DNA of 64,000 nucleotides. Source: Lama guanicoe. Taxonomy: Eukaryota. This document shows, piece after piece, positions 50,801 through 63,580 of the stretch. The translations under genes were made by a program, and so were the position numbers. The notes beneath the pieces were generated by a model, which was not told where the DNA came from, made no database searches, and worked only from the letters and a program-made list of their open reading frames with translations. The number at the start of each line of letters is the position of its first letter. Position 1 is the first letter of the stretch. The stretch spans positions 2,542,001-2,606,000 of the forward strand of contig MU053304.1 in assembly GCA_013239625.1 (NCBI GenBank), given 5' to 3'.

Positions 50801-52480
50801 TATCATTTTTGTGGTGGTCATTGTCATTCATTGCCCTAGGGTAGCCAAGGTGCAAGAGAGGAAGCTGAGCTAAAACATTTTCTGTCGGATTCCATCACCC
50901 ATTCTCATCACACTTATTCTAACAGAGGGGGGAAATGGAGCCAGCCCTCCACTTCAAACCAAACTCTGGTTGTGGCGGGTGAGTGAGGCGTGGATCACAC
51001 GTGAATGGCGGTCTGTTTAGGGTACTTATGGGTTCCTCCTGCACAAGGTGGGTGATAGCCTTGCCTGTAGTTGCTGTGGATTAACAGGAATCACACATGC
51101 CCTGCTTTGAGTAACTACCATCACTCTAGCTTTCCTTGTTTACTTTAGCAAACATTAAATATTTTGTCAAATGAATTGTTAGTGGTTATCATTTAATTCA
51201 TGTCATCCGTCTTCTTTATCAATGAAAAAAAAAGGCACTGTGAAATGCCTCTAACTAAAATGTTCTTCAGATTGATGTTCTCTTGGACAGAAATGGCTAA
51301 AATCTTTCAAAAGAAACATGTAATGAAAGAAAAAAGGCATGAATGTGTTTATTACACTCCAGTCCTAGGGGAACAATTGAAACCAGTTCTAAATTGAGCA
51401 ATGATTTCACAGTGCTTTGAAAATTCTTCTGGGAAAAAATCCACAGAAATGTCTCTCAATAAACAATAAGGGTGGACATTTTTTAAAAACTCTGTATTAA
51501 ACAGCTTATTAATGTTTCATTGTAGCAACTTTTCTTTCAAAGCAGTTTAATCTATTCAAGATATCTCATGATGCAGAAATGTCTTTTCTTTTAGTAAAGA
51601 ATAAAAGTTAACATCTAGCAACTGATGTCTAGTTCCAAAAATTATCAGAAAGATAAAATAATAATGATCATTCTTTGCCTGCAAAAACCATTTGGAGGAA
51701 AACGATAATGTGTGTAATGGCTCTGGCATTTCAAATAGATGGAAGTTTATAGTTTATCACTTCCACCTAAGAAACATGGGCAGAGAGATGTAAAAGGATT
51801 TGAATCACCATCCCCTGATATTAAAGACTGCTCGTCACCGGAAGAAACACGGGCAAGGCCAGGTATGGGCCCACCTTTTCCTCTATATTGGAACGTGGCC
51901 TCCCCTCATCAACCACTAGAAAACAATAGCCTGCCATTTTGGTTGAAATTTTGTCAAAGCTTGCCAGTCCAGGGTGGCTCAATAGATGAAATGCCATGTA
52001 GACCCAGCACATACAAAAACACTCGTTTCTGAGCTAAGTCAATGAAACAAGTTTCTTCCTCAGAGCTCCTGGTCCAGCCTCGATCTTGAGCTGCCTCTGA
52101 GAACCTCAAGGGTATTTTGGTTTTTTTGTTTGTTTTTTAATATCTCCACCCCATCTGCACTCCTAGCCTTTGCTGTGTGGAAGGTCTGAGGTGGAAGAAA
52201 TTACCCTGACTCCCTTTCAACTTGATATCGCTGGTGCTGGATTCTGTGTCCAAGAGTTTCTTGACCTCCCTCAAGCGTGGTACCTTAGGTTCTACCCTCT
52301 GCAAAATTAATGAGACTTTTTCTGGGTTGGGGAGTGAGAGCCTTCTCTGCCCCTCTCGTATTGGCTCCGGGCTTTAGCTGGTAAGAGAGAAGGGTCTGGG
52401 TGGGCAGGCAGGGCCCTGCCCTGTCCTACAGCAGCAGTGAACCGCAGGCTGAGCAGAAGCAAGGGTGTCCCTCGGCCATG

Positions 52481-53576
52481 TTTTTGAACGCTTTATTAAA
52501 TGAATTGCATATATTCAAAGTGTACAACTTGATACATTTGACATGTGTGTACACCTGTGAAACCATCATCACAGTCAGGATAGTGAAGATTCCCACCACC
52601 CTCAATGTCCTTTTGCAATACTTTCTCCCACCCCTCCTTGCCCTGCCTCTCTTCAGGCAACCAGAGATCTGCAGTTTGTCAACAGAGGCAGGTTTACATT
52701 TTCTAGAGCTCTTATATACATGGAATCATCTAATATGTACTCTATGGGAGGAGGTGGATTCTGGCTCCCTTTACTCAGCATAATTATTTTGAGATTCATC
52801 CATTGTGTATGTTATCAATACTTCACTCGTTCATTTTTATTGCCTGGTATGTATGGATGCCACTGTATGGCTATGCTGCAATTTGTACACCCATTCATTT
52901 ATTGATGAGCATTGGGTTGTTTCCAGTTTGGGACCATTACAACAAAGCTGCTGTGAGCATCTGTGTGCAGGTCTTTGCAAGACCACATGCTTTCTTTTCT
53001 TTTGGGTAAATGCCTGGGAGTGAAATGGCTGAGTCATAAGACAGGAATATGTTAATTAAAAAATACCCCCCCCCCGAAAACCTCCCAAACTATTTTCCAA
53101 AGAGGTTACAGCAATTTACGTTTCCACAAGAAGCGTATAAGAAGTTCTGTTTCCTGCATCTCTTCACCAACACTTAGTCTGGAGAAAGTCTCTATGACCT
53201 GAGGTTAAGCAAAGATTTCTTAGATTCAACACCAGAAATACAATCCATGAAATAGATACCTGATGAATTGAATTGCGTAAAACTAAAACTTCTCTTCAAA
53301 AACACTGGTAAGAGAATAAAAAGTCACAGACTGAAAAAGTATTTGCAAAGCACATATTTGATATGATCCGATAGGTAGAACATCAAAACTCTCAAAACTC
53401 AGTAATAAGAAATCAAACAATCAGAAAAAGATTTGAATCAACATTTCTTTAAAGCAGATTTGAACTTTCAAAGAAAATACATTGACAAGACATAAATACA
53501 GATTATGTAAATTGAAGCCACAATGGGATATCGCCACCACACATCTGTTAGGCTGACTGAAATTAAAGGGACTGAA
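52481..53576 (-). mobile_element. Old L1 with a 5' inversion (minus 52481-53178, plus 53181-53576)
   Basis: The minus part runs from the 3'UTR to the TKCW region; the plus part ends at the RMAKIKKTD-like region that immediately precedes it in ORF2. Confidence 0.8.
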
Positions 53577-53589
53577 CTGTTTTACTTGT

Positions 53590-53945
53590 TTTTAACTTTT
53601 CAGTTTTGAGGTAATTGTAGATTCATTTCAAGTTGTAAGAAGTAATCAGAGACACCCCTTATACCATTCATACAGTTCCCCCCCAATGGCAGCATCTTGC
53701 AAGACAATAGTACTCTATCACAACCATGAGAGTGATGTCGATGCAATCCATAGACTTTATTCAGAGTTCACTAGTTTTGCGTGCATTTTGTGCATATATC
53801 TAAATCTCTGCAGTTTTTCCATGTATGTAGGTTCAAGTGTCCACCATTCTGGTCAAGAGACAGAAATCTCTGTCATAAGGATGTCTGCAGCTACACTTTT
53901 ACAGCTATAGTAATTTCCTTCCATACCTCCCTTCCTCCCTCTCCC
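53590..53945 (-). mobile_element. L1MC-type 3' end
   Basis: ttgaggtaattgtagattca...gttgtaaga...ccccaatggcagcatcttgcaa...cacaacca. Confidence 0.8.
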
Positions 53946-54344
53946 TCCATGTTATTTTGTCCTTTGTGTAGGGTTTTTTTTAAATTTCCTGTTGTTATCT
54001 TCCCACTATCACACCACAGCTGCCCTAATCCCCTGTACTTCGTTTGGTTCAAATTTTTGGCAGCACTCAGAGTGTTAACAGAGTTGCATAGACAGCTCTT
54101 GAGAATCTTTCTGTTATGAAATTGGCAGTGAAAACTGAGGGATGCATGAGAAGTGAGATCAAACTTGACAGCTTTGCTATTAATAAGCAGACTAGTTTCA
54201 AATGCATTAGACAAAGAATATACAGAACTAAACATCTAAAGTGGTGTTCTATTAAATGTGCTTAATTGAATAAAATATAAAACTTAATAGAATTAAATCA
54301 CACATGAAAAATGGAGGAACATTATTCCAGCACTTTAATATATT

Positions 54345-54735
54345 GCCAACCCAGAAGCTGTCTGAACTCTGTTATTTAGGGTTTCTATGGAGGTTCCATA
54401 ACTAGACATGCTAGATTAAATCATTGGCTTTTGGTGATTAACACAATCTTCAGCCCCTTTCGCCTCCTTGGAGGTTGGGAGATAGGGCTAAAAGTTTCAA
54501 CCCTCCTGTCATGCCTTGGTCTTTCTTGGAGGTGATCAGCCCCCAGCCACCAATCATCTCACTAGCATACAAAAAACATGCATCGCTCAACAGATCCCAA
54601 GGGTCTTACAAGTTCTTGTGTCAGCAACCATAAACAAAAACCAAGTATAATAGAAGGTGCTCCTATCACCCAGGAAATTGCAAGAGTTTTAGGAACTCTG
54701 ATTCAGGAACATGGGATTAAGAACAAATATATAAG
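54345..54735. mobile_element. MER21-like LTR fragment
   Basis: aacccagaagct...tatggaggttccat...attaaatcattggc...aaagtttcaaccctc...caggaaattgcaagagttttagga. Confidence 0.8.
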
Positions 54736-54799
54736 ATCAGAATTGCTATGAAAGGGTCATTTCATGCCTTCTTCTTTACCTCATTTTGCATTCACTGGT

Positions 54800-55270
54800 G
54801 ACCATTTCTCCCTAGATGGAAATTATTAGGCAGAATACCCGACATTCTTCAGCTCCCTCAAACTACACCCTTAATCACGTTGGGCATTCACTGTTTCTAC
54901 TCAGGATAGCCTGAAAGCCACTGTCCCTAAACCTTAATCAGGGACGTTCTTTTAAAAGATAAATCGTATCATATCACTTTGCTTTAAACACTCCAGTGGC
55001 TTCCCATGCACTTACAATTTGAACAAGTCAATTTGGTCATACTTCATCTGTTTAACTCAGCACCACTGCCTGGAAGGTACCATAGGTAAGATCATTCTGC
55101 TGGAACCCTGGGCATGTGTTTTTTCTGGAGTCGGAGCAGTGTGGGTATCCTACTGTTTAGACAGCTTTTCTTGCTCTTCCCGTAAGCTGGACTGTTGGGC
55201 CATATTAAAAAGGGGAGTAGGAAAAAGGGGAAATACCTAGTGTACAACTTATGGCATACTAATAAATGTT
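54800..55270 (+). mobile_element. L2 fragments
   Basis: atcatatcactttgctttaaacactccagtggcttccca and the tail cctagtgtac...aataaatgttt. Confidence 0.6.
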
Positions 55271-55715
55271 TAAGAAACAGATACTGTATCACCCAAAAAT
55301 TTTTAAAAAGTTACCTGATTCATAGCATTTGCCTATTTGCGCATTGTAAATATTCCCATCATGCTCACTTCAGACTGTCAATATGACATCATTGAATGCA
55401 GAGTTGGGAAGAGATGCGTACAATTGACGTTCACTGTCTGGTGCAGACACACCTCTGGACATGAGCCAATATTAATTCTCTATGTAGTGCTAAATATTTG
55501 GCATTTCTCTTATTTCTATTTTTATTGCTTTTCTTATGTGAACAGAATCACCGATGTTGAAGTCTTATTTACTGATATATTTATCTCAAGGCATAAGCTT
55601 GTACTGCCCCATCATAGGAAGTCAAGAATAGTGAAGTGTACATTTATTGTTACTGACACCTGACATTTAGAGAGTGCTTATTGTGTGCCAGGAATTGTTT
55701 TAAGTTCCTGGGGTA

Positions 55716-56122
55716 AGTTCCATCACTCACCTCTTGCCATGCTTCCTGTAGGCAGAGTGCATGTCACTGTTGCCTTGATGGGAGTCTTGGCGTTCTGACT
55801 GGCTTTGGGCAATGTAATATGAGTGGGCATTAACATACTTCGCCTATGTAGAAGTTTCAAATGCATTTGCATGGATTGTCTCTGTCCCTTTGGGGTTTCT
55901 GCCCTCGCCCATGAGAGCATGAAGGCCCAGATGTGCTGCTCTTTCGGCGTGGGATGGGAATAAAGGGACGTATGGTGCTGAGACGAGCCCAGCTGAGTCA
56001 AAGAGATCCTAAGGCTGTGCCAGCTCACAGCCCTCATATAATTGAGAGGAAATAAATGTTTGTTTTATAAACTGCTAAGATTTGGGGACTCTTTGTCACC
56101 ACAGTAAAAGTTGACTAATGCA
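55716..56122 (+). mobile_element. MaLR LTR (MLT1I/J-like) nested in a MIR (55650-56320)
   Basis: tgactggctttgggcaatg...gaaataaatgtttgttt...aaaagttgactaatgca; MIR halves lie on both sides (gtgcttattgtgtgccagg; cattttatagatgag). Confidence 0.75.
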
Positions 56123-56419
56123 GTGTTAAATCCAAATCCACTACTCTATTAAGCTTTATAACAACTCTCTGATGTAATTTCTATTATTACTATCTGCATT
56201 TTATAGATGAGACAATTAGCAAACAGAAGAGCCAAATAACCCAGAATTTTATTGGTCTAGTAAGCTAGAGAGCTGGGAATTGAACTCAGGCTGACTGACT
56301 CCAGAATCCACTCCCTTTATAGCATCTCACCAATTAAACATGACTAGGAATAGGCAATGTGACATTTCAACTTTAGCTGAAGAACTGTATTTTGATAGAT
56401 ATTTTTATAAGTAAAAATA

Positions 56420-56541
56420 AAGTGACCATAGTCCTATTTTGCCGTGTGCAGTACTGACATATGCCTACTGTTCCAACAAAATTATTAATTTCTTCTCTCC
56501 TTCTCAATGTGTCCCAATTTGGTAAATATCGTAACCATCCT
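56420..56541. mobile_element. MER94-like hAT-Blackjack MITE
   Basis: gtgaccatagtcc...aattattaat...tctcaatgtgtcccaatttgg...accatcct. Confidence 0.7.
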
Positions 56542-57439
56542 GTTTAAAACCATGATAACATTTTTTCAGTCTCCTTCTACTTCACCAATCAATAAAATAA
56601 CTTGCATTGATGACAAGTGACTGGATATCTTTAGGAGAAGCTGTCTTTCATGTGACCCCTCGCCAAAGTCACCAATGTCCTTTGTGGAATTTTCTTCCTG
56701 ATAATCCTACTGAGCAACAGTTTCTTTAAATATACTCTAGGATTCTTCTTATATATGGAACTTCCATGAACTCAGGAAAAAAAAATCTCAGAGATGGGTC
56801 TGTTTATCATCCCAGCACCAAGGACCACATGTGTTCTCTTCCCTTGAGTTGGGAGTCAGTCAAATAAGCAGATAACAAATTAACCAAATTGAAGGAAATT
56901 GCATGGACAAATGATCCAAGGAAAAGAAAATGCAGGCGATCATTTCATAGTCCTGTTGGTAGGAAAAGACAAATTGAATGGTAATAGAACTTAACAGATC
57001 CAAGCTCCTGCAGAATGAAGAGTTAATCCTGGGCCCGTTCCCAAGGCAGCTCCCACTGCACACACCTACCTCTGATGTATTTCCCATTTAAGATGCTCTG
57101 GTAGATTTACACTATAACTTTTCTGATACATTCTAGGACTTTTCTAAAACACATTCTCCAACTTGGAGGAATCACTGGAATTTTAATATGAAAAACCCAA
57201 ATAATATTTCATTTTTGCATGGTGTATGATTCCACACCACCCCAGTTTCACATGGTACAATTTATAAAAGACAGAATACAACCCCTAAGCAATTATAATT
57301 TGAACCAATATTATGTCAGAAAGTTTTATATTGATTTTTTTTTCTTGGAGCAATGGATAACTTTTTTTTTGAATTCTGCATTCTACTTATTATATTCACA
57401 TCATGCACTGAAATTATAGACATAACTGTTGTCAACCAT

Positions 57440-58400
57440 TGACGAAGAATATGGAGATTCGATATATTACTCTCAGCTGCTGGTATATTTTCTGTTTTTG
57501 TTTGTCTGCAAGTTCCCTTGCCCTCTTTTTTCAAAACGAGATATTTTTACTAGGTGTAGAATTATAGGTTATGGGTTATTTAAATATTCCGTTTCATGGT
57601 AGCTACCAAGAAATCAGCTGACAATTCCACGGTCATTCCTTGGAAATTAATGCATTTTTTTCCATTAAAATTTTGTTTTTAAAAATCTTTGATTTTACTG
57701 AAATTTTACTAAAATGTGAACACATTTTTCTTTATCCTGCTTGAAATCTGCTAGGTTCTTTGCACTGTGAATTTTTTACTTTCAATAGATCTGAAATGTT
57801 ATCTTTTATAACTGCCTCTACCTCACTGTTTCTTCCCTTTATTTATAGATTTCTGATTGAAAATATTAAAACTTTTCTATCTATCCTCTATGTCTTTTAA
57901 CTTTACTTTGTATTTGCTCTCATTTTGATTCTTTGTGCTGGACTCCTATAATTTCCAGTTCATTAACTTTCTTTTCAGCTGCAATTTTCTATTAATTATA
58001 TGCATGGAGAATTTTTTTGAATAGTTATTGTGGAAATGTTCAAACACATACAAAAGCATATGAATCATAATATATATCTGATATGTCTGTCACTCAGTAG
58101 TTATCAATACATGGCCAACATTGTTTTAAGTATAATTCTCCACCCTCTACATTATGCAGTGGCTTTTAAATTCCAGGCTTTTTTTTTTTTTTTTTTAGAC
58201 AGTCTATTTGCTTCTTCAAATTTCCTTGTCATCTTCTATAGCTTCGTGTTTTTTGCTAGTATTTTCAAGTCATATTATCTGTTTATTAGATTGCTTCCCT
58301 GTTTTCTCTTTGATAATGTGTCATGGTCATTTCTCACTACTCACTTGATATTTTTAAGATTTCAAAAATCTACTTCATCCTTAATATTTAGTACATTTCA
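57440..58400 (-). mobile_element. Highly decayed L1ME-type fragments
   Basis: T-rich; gatatttttactaggtgtagaattataggtt, aagaaatcagctgaca, tttatcctgcttgaaat. Confidence 0.6.
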
Positions 58401-59358
58401 ACGAGAGGCCTGGTCCAGACTACCTAATTTACCATAACTGGATTCAGAAGAGGGAGAGGTTCTTTTTTGTTATTTACATAGAGGTTAACAAATTCTAATC
58501 CAAAAGAGCTTCAAGTCATTTTTATTTTCTTTCATGTCTCACCTACTCTCACCCTTGAAAATAGAACGTGTAAGGACTTTATTTTTAAAATACTGTTGGA
58601 TAACATACTCCAAGGGACTGCACTGTCTAATGTTATTTGGAATTTTTTTTATATAGAGGTAAAAAGAAAAAGCCAGCTTTTTAGGATAACATTTTCTTAT
58701 ATTTGGGTTATTTCTTGACAGTAAGCAGCTCAGTATCTAGAATGTGACAAAATACATGTACTTAGCACAGTAGTTGTTGCTATATTTAGTAGTTATTGCT
58801 ATTTTTATTTATTTTAAAATAAAAATGTTGTATATGAACCCACATTTGTCAATAAGCATAGTACATCGTAAACTGTTTGACATTTTTAAACCATACGTTC
58901 AATATCAAATCTCCTCTTAGTTTCGAGTTATAATTATATTTAAATTTATTTGGTTGATTTGTCTGGAAACAGTCTGTAAGCATGCAAGATAAAGGAGAGA
59001 GTGCTAACATTTGTTTAGTGCTTAATGTGTCCAGTAGCTTTCAATCTTAAAAATATCAACATAAACATCTGACTCTGATGAATTGCCTGAAGTGTTCTCT
59101 CTGAAATGAAATGGTCATAGGGAAATGATTCCAAGCTCTGTTAGCAAACAACTTACAGCTGTGGGAGACGGGAAGTAACCCTCATACGTCATTTTTTGCC
59201 GCTTTTAGCTTAATATGTGCCAGAAAGACTGTTAGTCCTTATATCATATCAACAGATAGATAAATCCCTTGCCAACCCTTTTCCCCACAAGTTGCATGCA
59301 CCCATGTCATACAACTTGTAAATGACAAACTAGAATTTTACCCTTTCACACCAGAGGA

Positions 59359-59768
59359 TGTCTCAGTTAGGGCTTGCATTCAGCTGCAAGGGAGAATCCA
59401 AATAACTAGTGACTTAAAGAAATTAGGAACATTCTCTTTCTAATATAAGAATAAATCTAGTGGTAGAAGATTTTGGCATGGGTTGAGGGCTGAGATCTCT
59501 TTGATTCTTTTCACTTTCCTTCATGTTGCACGGTAGCTACTGCAGTTCCCATCACCACATCTGCATTGTAGACAAGAGAGAACACAATATGTCCACACTT
59601 ATTCCTGTGCCTCATTCATTGCACAGAAGGGAACTATGTGGACTTTCTTAGCTGAAAAAGACTCTAGGGAGGGAATTTTCTAGGTTATGAGTCTCAAGAG
59701 TTGAAAAAGCCAATCCAGAAGGGAATTGGGACAGGTAGTTGAGTGAGGCAACCTACATTTTATGTCAT
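59359..59768 (-). mobile_element. Old MaLR LTR (MLT1J/K/L-like)
   Basis: tgtctcagttagg...cattcagctgcaag...aataactagtgacttaaa...gctactgcagttcc...catcacatctgcatt. Confidence 0.65.
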
Positions 59769-59871
59769 AAGGCATACATTTTCCCACTAAATCAAGCTAC
59801 ATTAAGTATAATGCTGAAAATTGAAATTTAAGGCACAAGACTTTCAATAGTGAGAATCAATAAAATAGAAC

Positions 59872-60635
59872 TTTATTTTTTTCTTCCAGTTTTAGTGAGC
59901 TATAATTGACATATAGCACTGTATAATTTTAAGGTGTACAGCATAATGATCTGACTCACACATATCACGGAATGATGCCCACAGGAGGTTCAGTGAATAT
60001 CCATTACCTCATGTGATACCAGATAAAAGAAAAAGAAAAAATTTTCTTGTGATAAGTTTGCTTCACTTAATTTGCCCTGAGGTTGATTGATTATTTTTTT
60101 CTACTAACTTTGGGTTTTGTTTGGTCTTCTTTTTCTAGTCCCTTTAATTGCAAAGTTAGGTTCTTCATTTGAGACTTTTCTTGTCTCCTGAGTTAGGCTT
60201 GTATCAGTATAAACTTCCTTCCTGGAACTGCTCTTGCTGGGTCCCAGAGATTTTTGGATTGTTGAGTCTTTGATTTCATTTGTCTCCAAGTGTTTTCAAT
60301 TTTATCTTTGATTTCTTCAGTAACCCACTGGTGGTTTAGGAGCATGTTGTTTAGCTTCATATGTTTGTGGTTTTTTTTTTTTTTTGCAGTTTTTTCCTTG
60401 TAGTTGATTTCTGGTCTTATAACATTGTGATCTGAAAGAATGCCTGGTATGATTTCAATCTTAAATTTACTGAGACTTGTTTTGTGGCATAGCATGTGAT
60501 CTAGAATGTTTCATGTGTACTTGAAAACAATGTGTATTCTGCTGCTTTTGCATGGAATGTTCATGTGTGTGTGTGTGTGTGTGTGTGTGTATCTGGTCTA
60601 ATGTGTCATTTAAGGCCAGTGTTTCCTTACTGATT
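59872..60635 (-). mobile_element. L1 with a 3' tip (59872-60056) joined directly to the ORF2 endonuclease-end region (60057-60635)
   Basis: ORF 60193..60495 contains HKTSLSKFKIEII..ILSDHN..LNNMLLN.QWV.EEIK; (GT)n at ~60564-60590. Confidence 0.85.
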
Positions 60636-60882
60636 AAAATGATTCAAAATGGTAAAAGCAGCATTTTAAAGCACTTCAATGTCTACAAATTATAACATCT
60701 ATTGAGATATACATCACTGTCCCCATTTTACAGATGAAGATACTGAAGTTAAAAATGTTGTTATCTGCTAATAATTGCACAGCTAGAAGGTCGAGAAACT
60801 GAAAGTTGAAACAGGTCTACATTTTAAATCCGATGCTAATTATAGTTCAATTATAGTTCAACCAGCTCCATGATATTCATTT

Positions 60883-61616
60883 ATTTTTATTTTATTTTAT
60901 TTTTTTTTGGTGCTGAGTGGACTAGGTGTTCAAGGAGTGTATTTAGGGGAGGAGAATTAATCATATCTGTTCTTCCTCAGGAACAGTCTTTCAACAATAG
61001 TGAAGGAACTTGGAAAGGTGGGGCTCTGGAGGGGAGGGGCTACAGCCAGACGAAATGGCAAGACATGATCGCAGGCACTACCAACGTCATGACACAGCAG
61101 AGGGTGCAAGACAGGGGCTCCTGTCTGGGCTCCAACCATTCTGGAATGAGTTGGGATGTGGAGGGAGGGGAGAAGCAAGGGAAGGGAGGAGAGCAGTGGG
61201 TCAGCACCGCGGACCCATTGGCTCTGCCCTCTGATAACCTAGCTATCCCACTGTGAAGTAAGGAAGGTTTGGGGGTGCTTCTCTCTGGATCCCACCCCTT
61301 ATCCTCCAAACCATACCTCTCAGCTCTTTCCAGGCCACCTTCATCCCCAACTTTGGCCAGGATTATCCCCCCTAATAAAGCCCATCCAGCAGCCCCTAGC
61401 CAAGTCCCTCCTCCCACACTCCATTGCCAGCCCTACTCACTTTAATGCATGTGTTCTTAACTGCTCCATTGTGGAGGCGAGAGGCTGCACCTTTTGAAAC
61501 CACAATGCACACCCCACTCGAAGCTCCACCTTGTCTAGAATCCAGACCTTGACCTCACCTCAAGTTTGACCCATTCCTGAATCCCACTTCGTTCTTTGCA
61601 CAAGATTTGGCCCCTT
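60883..61616 (-). pseudogene. Putative L1-mediated retrocopy of a cellular transcript 3' end, containing a retained intron
   Basis: Decayed poly(A) at 60883-60908, an AATACA variant signal about 30 nt upstream, degenerate 16-bp TSD (60867-60882 and 61617-61632, 12/16), a GC-richer block in AT-rich flanks, and a GT-AG intron at 61440-61141. Confidence 0.55.
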
Positions 61617-62007
61617 TCCACAGTATTTATTTCTAATCCCCTCATTTAGACAAAACACATTTGGGTCTCAACAAAATTTCTGAAAGACATTTTGTTATCT
61701 TTTAAGCCATAGTGTAAATAAAACTATGGTTATGATCTTTATCAGTTTTTACATCACCACTGTTTCTGCTTACAGAAAAATGAAGAAAAATGCACAAAAT
61801 AATAAACTGATATACTATGATACTTGGTAATTAATAGAAATGAACATTAATTTGGTACTAATATTATGCATAGAATCCTTACTACTAAAAAAAATTGATT
61901 CTCGATATAAGGATAGAAACTATCTGGATTGATTTAGTCTTTTAACAAATATCTACTGAGTACTTACATTGTTCAGTTACTAAATATTGCTATAAATGGT
62001 CACCAGT

Positions 62008-62251
62008 AGAAAGGACATAAAGGAACTCATTTATGAAACAGAGACAGACTTACAGACATAAAACACAAACTTACTGTTTCCAGGGGGGAAGAGGAATTGT
62101 GGAGGGATAAATTGGGAGTTCAGACTGTGGATAATAACTACTATGTATAAAATAGATAAACAACAAGGTCCTACTGTACAGCACAGGGAACTATATTCAA
62201 TACCCTGCAGTGGCTTATAATGAAAAAGAATATGAAAAGGAATATATATAC

Positions 62252-62286
<35 letters not shown>

Positions 62287-62381
62287 TCTCACTATACTAT
62301 ACACCAGAAAGAAGCACAACATTGCAAAGTGACTATAGTTCAATAAAAAATAAAAACAAAACAAAACAAAACGAAACAAAA
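62008..62381 (+). mobile_element. Cetartiodactyl-type L1 3' end with internal (TA)n and an A-rich tail
   Basis: taaaatagataaacaacaaggtcctactgtacagcacagggaactatattcaata...; tail aataaaaaataaaaacaaaac. Confidence 0.92.
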
Positions 62382-63227
62382 GTGAGCAAATTGGAAAAGC
62401 CTGACCTCCCTTGGTTTAACGTGGAGGGAGGGTTCAAAGGCACAGAATCCCCACCCTAGTTCCCTGATCTGTGGAGTGAGGGGTATCATGGTGAAAAAGG
62501 TTAAGGACAAGCCATCAGAACTGCCTCTATCCAGAAAAATAGTAAATCAGAAGCAAGCCTGTATCCCTGGGGGAATACAGGTTGCAGAGATTAGGGTCAT
62601 CACCAAGAACTCAAATTTTACTTTCTAAAAAATGTCTACTTGCCTTTAAATGATACATTTGTAAAATACAATTAATTACTAATTAATTACTAAATACAGT
62701 ATTAATGACTAAAATACACAAAAGACATAAATGTATAAGATAATGTTTTTAAAGTTATTAGATAAAATGGACCAGAAATCCCACTCCATTATAAACATTT
62801 CTAAATCCGTCACATACTGTGGCTATCTCAGCACTGCCTGGTACTAACGGTTTGCAGACGGGCACCTGGCCCGGCACTTTGATATCACTGCTGTGGCCAC
62901 TGCCTACCATTCTAGCTGGCAAGTCCCTCAAGGAGAGGCCAGGGGAATTCACGGCTCACCGGGATGCACTTCCCTCACTCTGGTCTTGTGCCCCAAGTGC
63001 TGATGGCCCTCCTTGCTCTCTAGTTTTTCCCAACAGCAGGTGTCTGTTTCTGTTTTCATTTTTCAATCCAGCTTTTAGATTTTTCTCAGGAGAAGTATGA
63101 GTTGAATACCACCTATGCCATTTCAATCGTAGGAAAAAGCCCTATTAGATGGTTTTTAGTATTTGCTTTCCTATTTCCCTTCAAACACTGCACCTTCTTG
63201 AGGACAATCATCAAACCTGTACTACTT

Positions 63228-63428
63228 TAGGGTCAAGAAACTACAGCCTACTACCTGCAGCTTGATTTTGTGAGTGTTTCCTGGAATATAACCACTCACT
63301 TCCTGACTGTGATTCATGGCTGATGCACTTTCCACTGGCAGAGGTGTGCATTTATGACAGACTGTGTGACCTGCATCACATATAATATTTACCAATTGCT
63401 TCTTTACCGAGAAAGTTTGGCGACTCCT
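63228..63428 (+). mobile_element. MER58A-like hAT-Charlie MITE
   Basis: agggtcaagaaactacagcc...taatatttacc...tttaccgagaaagtttggcgactcct. Confidence 0.75.
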
Positions 63429-63469
63429 CCTCTATTTCATCCGTATTTTCCTGTACCTCCTGGAATTTT

Positions 63470-63580
63470 CAGGCATTCATGCAGCCATGCACTCATTCAA
63501 CAAACATTTATTAAAAGCTGCCTACGAACCAGGAACTGAGCAATATTCTTGAGATACAAAGATAGAAGGATACAATTTTT
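63470..63580 (-). mobile_element. L2 3' tail
   Basis: cattcaacaaacatttattaaaagctgcctac...ccagg. Confidence 0.7.

Noticed and set aside
60838..60861. 11-bp tandem duplication aattatagttc
   Set aside because: It is an ordinary slippage duplication and does not flank the retrocopy as a TSD.
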